NCBI GenBank assembly: GCA_964276515.1
Contig: OZ193910.1
Location: 6,944,001-7,008,000 of the forward strand
Length of the DNA stretch: 64,000 nt
Direction: 5' to 3'
Source of the DNA: Gordius albopunctatus
Lineage: Eukaryota
In this document: in pieces, positions 14,722 through 26,700 of the stretch
Position numbering within the stretch: position 1 is the stretch's first letter
Layout: each line of letters opens with the position of its first letter
Translations under genes and position numbers: made by a program
The notes under the pieces: generated by a model
The model's database searches: none
Told to the model about the DNA's origin: nothing
Seen by the model: the letters and a program-made list of their open reading frames with translations, nothing else

Positions 14722-17700
14722 TCAATATCGCTTTATAAGCGTGTCTCTAGTTTTAGTGAAACAAGCTCTATGCGATGGTGATTCAGAGTTAATAATTTTT
14801 GATGACTGATCAAAAAAATGTTTTTCAAGGAATTCACCTCTTATACCGAAAACTTTCATGAGAACTATATGGTTGAACAAAAAAATTGAAAAAATTTTGA
14901 GGTCGAAAAAAATATTATTTTTCATATTGTTTCGAAAAGGAGATGAAAAAATATTTAAAAGTTATTAAATATTCTTAGCATTTTGTCCTTGTTAGAATCT
15001 TGATAGGAATTTTTGCGTGGGGGGATGTTTTAGATTGAGAGAAATTAAAATTTAGGTGTTGAGTTTATATTGTTTCAATATCGCTTTATAAGCGTGTCTC
15101 TAGTTTTAGTGAAACAAGGTCTATGCGATCGTGATTTAGAGTTAATAATTTTTGATGACTGATCAAAAAAATGTTTTTCAAGGAATTCACCTTTTATACC
15201 GAAAACTTTCATTAGAACTATATGGTTGAACAAAAAAATTGAAAAAATTTTGAGGTCGAAAAAAATATTATTTTTCATATTGTTTCGAAAAGGAGATGAA
15301 AAAATATTTAAAAGTTATTAAATATTCTTGGCATTTTGTCCTTGTTAGAATCTTGATAGGAATTTTTGCGTGGGGGGATGTTTTAGATTGAGAGAAATTA
15401 AAATTTAGGTGTTGAGTTTATATTGTTTCAATATCGCTTTATAAGCGTGTCTCTAGTTTTAGTGAAACAAGGTCTATGCGATCGTGATTTAGAGTTAATA
15501 ATTTTTGATGACTGATCAAAAAAATGTTTTAAAAGGAATTCACCTTTTATACCGAAAACTTTCATTAGAACTATATGGTTGAACAAAAAAATTGAAAAAA
15601 TTTTGAGGTCGAAAAAAATATTATTTTTCATATTCTTTCGAAAGGGAGATGAAAAAATCTTTAAAAGTTAGTAAATATTCTTAGCATTTTGTCCTTGTTA
15701 GAATCTTGATAGAAATTTATGCGTGGGGGGATGTTTTAGATTGAGAGAAATTAAAATTTAGGTGTTGAGTTTATATTGTTTCAATATCGCTTTATAAGCG
15801 TGTCTCTAGTTTTAGTGAAACAAGCTCTATGCGATCGTGATTTAGAGTTAATAATTTTTGATGACTGATCAAAAAAATGTTTTTCAAGGAATTCATCTCT
15901 TATACGGAAAACTTTCATGAGAGCTATATGGTTGAACAAAAAAAATTAAAACAATTTTGAGGTCGAAAAAAATATTTTTTTCATATTGTTTCGAAAAGGA
16001 GATGAAAAAATATTTAAAAGTTATTAAATATTCTTAGCATTTTGTCCTTGTTAGAATCTTGATAGGAATTTTTGCGTGGGGGGATGTTTGAGATTGAGAG
16101 AAATTAAAATTTAGGTGTTGAGTTTATATTGTTTCAATATCGCTTTATAAGCGTGTCTCTAGTTTTAATGAAACAAGCTCTATGCGATCGTGATTTAGAG
16201 TTAATAATTTTTGATGACTGATCAAAAAAATGTTTTTAAAGGAATTCACCTTTTATACCGAAAACTTTCATGAGAACTATATGGTTGAACAAAAAAATTG
16301 AAAAAATATTGAGGTCGAAAAAAATATTATTTTTCAAATTCTTTCGAAAGGGAGATGAAAAAATCTTTAAAAGTTAGTAAATATTCTTAGAATTTTGTCC
16401 TTGTTAGAATCTTGATAGGAATTTTTGCGTGGGGGGATGTTTGAGATAGAGAGAAATTAAAATTTAGGTGTTGAGTTTATATTGTTTCAATATCGCTTTA
16501 TAAGCGTGTCTCTAGTTTTAGTGAAACAAGGTCTATGCGATCGTGATTTAGAGTTAATAATTTTTGATGACTGATCAAAAAAATGTTTTTCAAGGAATTC
16601 ACCTTTTATACCGAAAACTTTCATTAGAACTATATGGTTGAACAAAAAAATTGAAAAAATTTTGAGGTCGAAAAAAATATTATTTTTCATATTGTTTCGA
16701 AAAGGAGATGAAAAAATATTTAAAAGTTATTAAATATTCTTGGCATTTTGTCCTTGTTAGAATCTTGATAGGAATTTTTGCGTGGGGGGATGTTTGAGAT
16801 TGAGAGAAATTAAAATTTAGGTGTTGAGTTTATATTGTTTCAATATCGCTTTATAAGCGTGTCTCTAGTTTTAATGAAACAAGCTCTATGCGATCGTGAT
16901 TTAGAGTTAATAATTTTTGATGACTGATCAAAAAAATGTTTTTAAAGGAATTCACCTTTTATACCGAAAACTTTCATGAGAACTATATGGTTGAACAAAA
17001 AAATTGAAAAAATATTGAGGTCGAAAAAAATATTATTTTTCAAATTCTTTCGAAAGGGAGATGAAAAAATCTTTAAAAGTTAGTAAATATTCTTAGAATT
17101 TTGTCCTTGTTAGAATCTTGATAGGAATTTATGCGTGGGGGGATGTTTGAGATTGAGAGAAATTAAAATTTTCGTGTTGCGTTTATATTGTTTCAATATC
17201 GCTTTATAAGCGTGTCTCTAGTTTTAGTGAAACAAGCTCTATGCGATCGTGATTTAGAGTTAATAATTTTTGATGACTGATCAAAAAAATGTTTTTCAAG
17301 GAATTCATCTCTTATACGGAAAACTTTCATGAGAGCTATATGGTTGAACAAAAAAAATTAAAACAATTTTGAGGTCGAAAAAAATATTTTTTTCATATTC
17401 TTTCGAAAGGGAGATGAAAAAATCTTTAAAAGTTATTAAATATTCTTAGCATTTTGTCCTTGTTAGAATCTTGATAGGAATTTTTGCGTGGGGGGATGTT
17501 TGAGATTGAGAGAAATTAAAATTTAGGTGTTGAGTTTATATTGTTTCAATATCGCTTTATAAGCGTGTCTCTAGTTTTAGTGAAACAAGGTCTATGCGAT
17601 CGTGATTTAGAGTTAATAATTTTTGATGACTGATCAAAAAAATGTTTTTCAAGGAATTCACCTTTTATACCGAAAACTTTCATTAGAACTATATGGTTGA

Positions 17701-20700
17701 ACAAAAAAATTGAAAAAATTTTGAGGTCGAAAAAAATATTATTTTTCATATTGTTTCGAAAAGGAGATGAAAAAATATTTAAAAGTTATTAAATATTCTT
17801 GGCATTTTGTCCTTGTTAGAATCTTGATAGGAATTTTTGCGTGGGGGGATGTTTGAGATTGAGAGAAATTAAAATTTAGGTGTTGAGTTTATATTGTTTC
17901 AATATCGCTTTATAAGCGTGTCTCTAGTTTTAATGAAACAAGCTCTATGCGATCGTGATTTAGAGTTAATAATTTTTGATGACTGATCAAAAAAATGTTT
18001 TTAAAGGAATTCACCTTTTATACCGAAAACTTTCATGAGAACTATATGGTTGAACAAAAAAATTGAAAAAATATTGAGGTCGAAAAAAATATTATTTTTC
18101 AAATTCTTTCGAAAGGGAGATGAAAAAATATTTAAAAGTTATTAAATATTCTTGGCATTTTGTCCTTGTTAGAATCTTGATAGGAATTTTTGCGTGGGGG
18201 GATGTTTTAGATTGAGAGAAATTAAAATTTAGGTGTTGAGTTTATATTGTTTCAATATCGCTTTATAAGCGTGTCTCTAGTTTTAGTGAAACAAGGTCTA
18301 TGCGATCGTGATTTAGAGTTAATAATTTTTGATGACTGATCAAAAAAATGTTTTTCAAGGAATTCACCTTTTATACCGAAAACTTTCATTAGAACTATAT
18401 GGTTGAACAAAAAAATTGAAAAAATTTTGAGGTCGAAAAAAATATTATTTTTCATATTGTTTCGAAAAGGAGATGAAAAAATATTTAAAAGTTATTAAAT
18501 ATTCTTAGCATTTTGTCCTTGTTAGAATCTTGATAGGAATTTTTGCGTGGGGGGATGTTTGAGATTGAGAGAAATTAAAATTTAGGTGTTGAGTTTATAT
18601 TGTTTCAATATCGCTTTATAAGCGTGTCTCTAGTTTTAATGAAACAAGCTCTATGCGATCGTGATTTAGAGTTAATAATTTTTGATGACTGATCAAAAAA
18701 ATGTTTTTAAAGGAATTCACCTTTTATACCGAAAACTTTCATGAGAACTATATGGTTGAACAAAAAAATTGAAAAAATATTGAGGTCGAAAAAAATATTA
18801 TTTTTCAAATTCTTTCGAAAGGGAGATGAAAAAATCCTTAAAAGTTAGTAAATATTCTTAGAATTTTGTCCTTGTTAGAATCTTGATAGGAATTTATGCG
18901 TGGGGGGATGTTTGAGATTGAGAGAAATTAAAATTTTCGTGTTGCGTTTATATTGTTTCAATATCGCTTTATAAGCGTGTCTCTAGTTTTAGTGAAACAA
19001 GCTCTATGCGATGGTGATTCAGAGTTAATAATTTTTGATGACTGATCAAAAAAATGTTTTTCAAGGAATTCACCTCTTATACCGAAAACTTTCATGAGAA
19101 CTATATGGTTGAACAAAAAAATTGAAAAAATTTTGAGGTCGAAAAAAATATTATTTTTCATATTGTTTCGAAAAGGAGATGAAAAAATATTTAAAAGTTA
19201 TTAAATATTCTTAGCATTTTGTCCTTGTTAGAATCTTGATAGGAATTTTTGCGTGGGGGGATGTTTTAGATTGAGAGAAATTAAAATTTAGGTGTTGAGT
19301 TTATATTGTTTCAATATCGCTTTATAAGCGTGTCTCTAGTTTTAGTGAAACAAGGTCTATGCGATCGTGATTTAGAGTTAATAATTTTTGATGACTGATC
19401 AAAAAAATGTTTTTCAAGGAATTCACCTTTTATACCGAAAACTTTCATTAGAACTATATGGTTGAACAAAAAAATTGAAAAAATTTTGAGGTCGAAAAAA
19501 ATATTATTTTTCATATTGTTTCGAAAAGGAGATGAAAAAATATTTAAAAGTTATTAAATATTCTTGGCATTTTGTCCTTGTTAGAATCTTGATAGGAATT
19601 TTTGCGTGGGGGGATGTTTTAGATTGAGAGAAATTAAAATTTAGGTGTTGAGTTTATATTGTTTCAATATCGCTTTATAAGCGTGTCTCTAGTTTTAGTG
19701 AAACAAGGTCTATGCGATCGTGATTTAGAGTTAATAATTTTTGATGACTGATCAAAAAAATGTTTTTCAAGGAATTCACCTTTTATACCGAAAACTTTCA
19801 TTAGAACTATATGGTTGAACAAAAAAATTGAAAAAATTTTGAGGTCGAAAAAAATATTATTTTTCATATTGTTTCGAAAAGGAGATGAAAAAATATTTAA
19901 AAGTTATTAAATATTCTTGGCATTTTGTCCTTGTTAGAATCTTGATAGGAATTTTTGCGTGGGGGGATGTTTGAGATTGAGAGAAATTAAAATTTAGGTG
20001 TTGAGTTTATATTGTTTCAATATCGCTTTATAAGCGTGTCTCTAGTTTTAATGAAACAAGCTCTATGCGATCGTGATTTAGAGTTAATAATTTTTGATGA
20101 CTGATCAAAAAAATGTTTTTAAAGGAATTCACCTTTTATACCGAAAACTTTCATGAGAACTATATGGTTGAACAAAAAAATTGAAAAAATATTGAGGTCG
20201 AAAAAAATATTATTTTTCAAATTCTTTCGAAAGGGAGATGAAAAAATATTTAAAAGTTATTAAATATTCTTGGCATTTTGTCCTTGTTAGAATCTTGATA
20301 GGAATTTTTGCGTGGGGGGATGTTTTAGATTGAGAGAAATTAAAATTTAGGTGTTGAGTTTATATTGTTTCAATATCGCTTTATAAGCGTGTCTCTAGTT
20401 TTAATGAAACAAGCTCTATGCGATCGTGATTTAGAGTTAATAATTTTTGATGACTGATCAAAAAAATGTTTTTAAAGGAATTCACCTTTTATACCGAAAA
20501 CTTTCATGAGAACTATATGGTTGAACAAAAAAATTGAAAAAATATTGAGGTCGAAAAAAATATTATTTTTCAAATTCTTTCGAAAGGGAGATGAAAAAAT
20601 ATTTAAAAGTTATTAAATATTCTTGGCATTTTGTCCTTGTTAGAATCTTGATAGGAATTTTTGCGTGGGGGGATGTTTTAGATTGAGAGAAATTAAAATT

Positions 20701-23700
20701 TAGGTGTTGAGTTTATATTGTTTCAATATCGCTTTATAAGCGTGTCTCTAGTTTTAGTGAAACAAGGTCTATGCGATCGTGATTTAGAGTTAATAATTTT
20801 TGATGACTGATCAAAAAAATGTTTTTCAAGGAATTCACCTTTTATACCGAAAACTTTCATTAGAACTATATGGTTGAACAAAAAAATTGAAAAAATTTTG
20901 AGGTCGAAAAAAATATTATTTTTCATATTGTTTCGAAAAGGAGATGAAAAAATATTTAAAAGTTATTAAATATTCTTAGCATTTTGTCCTTGTTAGAATC
21001 TTGATAGGAATTTTTGCGTGGGGGGATGTTTGAGATTGAGAGAAATTAAAATTTAGGTGTTGAGTTTATATTGTTTCAATATCGCTTTATAAGCGTGTCT
21101 CTAGTTTTAATGAAACAAGCTCTATGCGATCGTGATTTAGAGTTAATAATTTTTGATGACTGATCAAAAAAATGTTTTTAAAGGAATTCACCTTTTATAC
21201 CGAAAACTTTCATGAGAACTATATGGTTGAACAAAAAAATTGAAAAAATATTGAGGTCGAAAAAAATATTATTTTTCAAATTCTTTCGAAAGGGAGATGA
21301 AAAAATCCTTAAAAGTTAGTAAATATTCTTAGAATTTTGTCCTTGTTAGAATCTTGATAGGAATTTATGCGTGGGGGGATGTTTGAGATTGAGAGAAATT
21401 AAAATTTTCGTGTTGCGTTTATATTGTTTCAATATCGCTTTATAAGCGTGTCTCTAGTTTTAGTGAAACAAGCTCTATGCGATGGTGATTCAGAGTTAAT
21501 AATTTTTGATGACTGATCAAAAAAATGTTTTTCAAGGAATTCACCTCTTATACCGAAAACTTTCATGAGAACTATATGGTTGAACAAAAAAATTGAAAAA
21601 ATTTTGAGGTCGAAAAAAATATTATTTTTCATATTGTTTCGAAAAGGAGATGAAAAAATATTTAAAAGTTATTAAATATTCTTAGCATTTTGTCCTTGTT
21701 AGAATCTTGATAGGAATTTTTGCGTGGGGGGATGTTTTAGATTGAGAGAAATTAAAATTTAGGTGTTGAGTTTATATTGTTTCAATATCGCTTTATAAGC
21801 GTGTCTCTAGTTTTAGTGAAACAAGGTCTATGCGATCGTGATTTAGAGTTAATAATTTTTGATGACTGATCAAAAAAATGTTTTTCAAGGAATTCACCTT
21901 TTATACCGAAAACTTTCATTAGAACTATATGGTTGAACAAAAAAATTGAAAAAATTTTGAGGTCGAAAAAAATATTATTTTTCATATTGTTTCGAAAAGG
22001 AGATGAAAAAATATTTAAAAGTTATTAAATATTCTTGGCATTTTGTCCTTGTTAGAATCTTGATAGGAATTTTTGCGTGGGGGGATGTTTTAGATTGAGA
22101 GAAATTAAAATTTAGGTGTTGAGTTTATATTGTTTCAATATCGCTTTATAAGCGTGTCTCTAGTTTTAGTGAAACAAGGTCTATGCGATCGTGATTTAGA
22201 GTTAATAATTTTTGATGACTGATCAAAAAAATGTTTTTCAAGGAATTCACCTTTTATACCGAAAACTTTCATTAGAACTATATGGTTGAACAAAAAAATT
22301 GAAAAAATTTTGAGGTCGAAAAAAATATTATTTTTCATATTGTTTCGAAAAGGAGATGAAAAAATATTTAAAAGTTATTAAATATTCTTGGCATTTTGTC
22401 CTTGTTAGAATCTTGATAGGAATTTTTGCGTGGGGGGATGTTTTAGATTGAGAGAAATTAAAATTTAGGTGTTGAGTTTATATTGTTTCAATATCGCTTT
22501 ATAAGCGTGTCTCTAGTTTTAGTGAAACAAGGTCTATGCGATCGTGATTTAGAGTTAATAATTTTTGATGACTGATCAAAAAAATGTTTTTCAAGGAATT
22601 CACCTTTTATACCGAAAACTTTCATTAGAACTATATGGTTGAACAAAAAAATTGAAAAAATTTTGAGGTCGAAAAAAATATTATTTTTCATATTGTTTCG
22701 AAAGGGAGATGAAAAAATCTTTAAAAGTTAGTAAATATTCTTAGAATTTTGTCCTTGTTAGAATCTTGATAGGAATTTATGCGTGGGGGGATGTTTGAGA
22801 TTGAGAGAAATTAAAATTTTCGTGTTGCGTTTATATTGTTTCAATATCGCTTTATAAGCGTGTCTCTAGTTTTAGTGAAACAAGCTCTATGCGATCGTGA
22901 TTTAGAGTTAATAATTTTTGATGACTGATCAAAAAAATGTTTTTCAAGGAATTCATCTCTTATACGGAAAACTTTCATGAGAGCTATATGGTTGAACAAA
23001 AAAAATTAAAACAATTTTGAGGTCGAAAAAAATATTTTTTTCATATTCTTTCGAAAGGGAGATGAAAAAATCTTTAAAAGTTATTAAATATTCTTAGCAT
23101 TTTGTCCTTGTTAGAATCTTGATAGGAATTTTTGCGTGGGGGGATGTTTGAGATTGAGAGAAATTAAAATTTAGGTGTTGAGTTTATATTGTTTCAATAT
23201 CGCTTTATAAGCGTGTCTCTAGTTTTAGTGAAACAAGGTCTATGCGATCGTGATTTAGAGTTAATAATTTTTGATGACTGATCAAAAAAATGTTTTTCAA
23301 GGAATTCACCTTTTATACCGAAAACTTTCATTAGAACTATATGGTTGAACAAAAAAATTGAAAAAATTTTGAGGTCGAAAAAAATATTATTTTTCATATT
23401 GTTTCGAAAAGGAGATGAAAAAATATTTAAAAGTTATTAAATATTCTTGGCATTTTGTCCTTGTTAGAATCTTGATAGGAATTTTTGCGTGGGGGGATGT
23501 TTGAGATTGAGAGAAATTAAAATTTAGGTGTTGAGTTTATATTGTTTCAATATCGCTTTATAAGCGTGTCTCTAGTTTTAATGAAACAAGCTCTATGCGA
23601 TCGTGATTTAGAGTTAATAATTTTTGATGACTGATCAAAAAAATGTTTTTAAAGGAATTCACCTTTTATACCGAAAACTTTCATGAGAACTATATGGTTG

Positions 23701-26700
23701 AACAAAAAAATTGAAAAAATATTGAGGTCGAAAAAAATATTATTTTTCAAATTCTTTCGAAAGGGAGATGAAAAAATATTTAAAAGTTATTAAATATTCT
23801 TGGCATTTTGTCCTTGTTAGAATCTTGATAGGAATTTTTGCGTGGGGGGATGTTTTAGATTGAGAGAAATTAAAATTTAGGTGTTGAGTTTATATTGTTT
23901 CAATATCGCTTTATAAGCGTGTCTCTAGTTTTAGTGAAACAAGGTCTATGCGATCGTGATTTAGAGTTAATAATTTTTGATGACTGATCAAAAAAATGTT
24001 TTTCAAGGAATTCACCTTTTATACCGAAAACTTTCATTAGAACTATATGGTTGAACAAAAAAATTGAAAAAATTTTGAGGTCGAAAAAAATATTATTTTT
24101 CATATTGTTTCGAAAAGGAGATGAAAAAATATTTAAAAGTTATTAAATATTCTTAGCATTTTGTCCTTGTTAGAATCTTGATAGGAATTTTTGCGTGGGG
24201 GGATGTTTGAGATTGAGAGAAATTAAAATTTAGGTGTTGAGTTTATATTGTTTCAATATCGCTTTATAAGCGTGTCTCTAGTTTTAATGAAACAAGCTCT
24301 ATGCGATCGTGATTTAGAGTTAATAATTTTTGATGACTGATCAAAAAAATGTTTTTAAAGGAATTCACCTTTTATACCGAAAACTTTCATGAGAACTATA
24401 TGGTTGAACAAAAAAATTGAAAAAATATTGAGGTCGAAAAAAATATTATTTTTCAAATTCTTTCGAAAGGGAGATGAAAAAATCCTTAAAAGTTAGTAAA
24501 TATTCTTAGAATTTTGTCCTTGTTAGAATCTTGATAGGAATTTATGCGTGGGGGGATGTTTGAGATTGAGAGAAATTAAAATTTTCGTGTTGCGTTTATA
24601 TTGTTTCAATATCGCTTTATAAGCGTGTCTCTAGTTTTAGTGAAACAAGCTCTATGCGATGGTGATTCAGAGTTAATAATTTTTGATGACTGATCAAAAA
24701 AATGTTTTTCAAGGAATTCACCTCTTATACCGAAAACTTTCATGAGAACTATATGGTTGAACAAAAAAATTGAAAAAATTTTGAGGTCGAAAAAAATATT
24801 ATTTTTCATATTGTTTCGAAAAGGAGATGAAAAAATATTTAAAAGTTATTAAATATTCTTAGCATTTTGTCCTTGTTAGAATCTTGATAGGAATTTTTGC
24901 GTGGGGGGATGTTTTAGATTGAGAGAAATTAAAATTTAGGTGTTGAGTTTATATTGTTTCAATATCGCTTTATAAGCGTGTCTCTAGTTTTAGTGAAACA
25001 AGGTCTATGCGATCGTGATTTAGAGTTAATAATTTTTGATGACTGATCAAAAAAATGTTTTTCAAGGAATTCACCTTTTATACCGAAAACTTTCATTAGA
25101 ACTATATGGTTGAACAAAAAAATTGAAAAAATTTTGAGGTCGAAAAAAATATTATTTTTCATATTGTTTCGAAAAGGAGATGAAAAAATATTTAAAAGTT
25201 ATTAAATATTCTTGGCATTTTGTCCTTGTTAGAATCTTGATAGGAATTTTTGCGTGGGGGGATGTTTTAGATTGAGAGAAATTAAAATTTAGGTGTTGAG
25301 TTTATATTGTTTCAATATCGCTTTATAAGCGTGTCTCTAGTTTTAGTGAAACAAGGTCTATGCGATCGTGATTTAGAGTTAATAATTTTTGATGACTGAT
25401 CAAAAAAATGTTTTTCAAGGAATTCACCTTTTATACCGAAAACTTTCATTAGAACTATATGGTTGAACAAAAAAATTGAAAAAATTTTGAGGTCGAAAAA
25501 AATATTATTTTTCATATTGTTTCGAAAAGGAGATGAAAAAATATTTAAAAGTTATTAAATATTCTTGGCATTTTGTCCTTGTTAGAATCTTGATAGGAAT
25601 TTTTGCGTGGGGGGATGTTTTAGATTGAGAGAAATTAAAATTTAGGTGTTGAGTTTATATTGTTTCAATATCGCTTTATAAGCGTGTCTCTAGTTTTAGT
25701 GAAACAAGGTCTATGCGATCGTGATTTAGAGTTAATAATTTTTGATGACTGATCAAAAAAATGTTTTTCAAGGAATTCACCTTTTATACCGAAAACTTTC
25801 ATTAGAACTATATGGTTGAACAAAAAAATTGAAAAAATTTTGAGGTCGAAAAAAATATTATTTTTCATATTGTTTCGAAAAGGAGATGAAAAAATATTTA
25901 AAAGTTATTAAATATTCTTGGCATTTTGTCCTTGTTAGAATCTTGATAGGAATTTTTGCGTGGGGGGATGTTTTAGATTGAGAGAAATTAAAATTTAGGT
26001 GTTGAGTTTATATTGTTTCAATATCGCTTTATAAGCGTGTCTCTAGTTTTAGTGAAACAAGGTCTATGCGATCGTGATTTAGAGTTAATAATTTTTGATG
26101 ACTGATCAAAAAAATGTTTTAAAAGGAATTCACCTTTTATACCGAAAACTTTCATTAGAACTATATGGTTGAACAAAAAAATTGAAAAAATTTTGAGGTC
26201 GAAAAAAATATTATTTTTCATATTCTTTCGAAAGGGAGATGAAAAAATCTTTAAAAGTTAGTAAATATTCTTAGCATTTTGTCCTTGTTAGAATCTTGAT
26301 AGAAATTTATGCGTGGGGGGATGTTTTAGATTGAGAGAAATTAAAATTTAGGTGTTGAGTTTATATTGTTTCAATATCGCTTTATAAGCGTGTCTCTAGT
26401 TTTAGTGAAACAAGCTCTATGCGATCGTGATTTAGAGTTAATAATTTTTGATGACTGATCAAAAAAATGTTTTTCAAGGAATTCATCTCTTATACGGAAA
26501 ACTTTCATGAGAGCTATATGGTTGAACAAAAAAAATTAAAACAATTTTGAGGTCGAAAAAAATATTTTTTTCATATTCTTTCGAAAGGGAGATGAAAAAA
26601 TCTTTAAAAGTTATTAAATATTCTTAGCATTTTGTCCTTGTTAGAATCTTGATAGGAATTTTTGCGTGGGGGGATGTTTTAGATTGAGAGAAATTAAAAT

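Noticed and set aside
19424..19440. CENP-B-box-like motif on the minus strand (TTCGgtatAaaAGGTg versus TTCGnnnnAnnCGGG)
   Set aside because: Only 7 of the 9 essential positions match and the second CpG is missing. Such partial matches readily arise by chance.
19601..19620. G-quadruplex or telomere-like motif at gcgtgggggg
   Set aside because: There is only one long G-run per monomer, it is frequently disrupted, and no telomeric repeat unit is present.
19311..19663. Monomer as an ancient dimer of ~176-bp subunits or an internal ~97-bp duplication
   Set aside because: There are only short low-complexity matches (gtta and aggaatt at offsets 173-177; attttga...aaaaaaat...tttttca at offset ~97). 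This is not convincing without a shuffled-control self-alignment.
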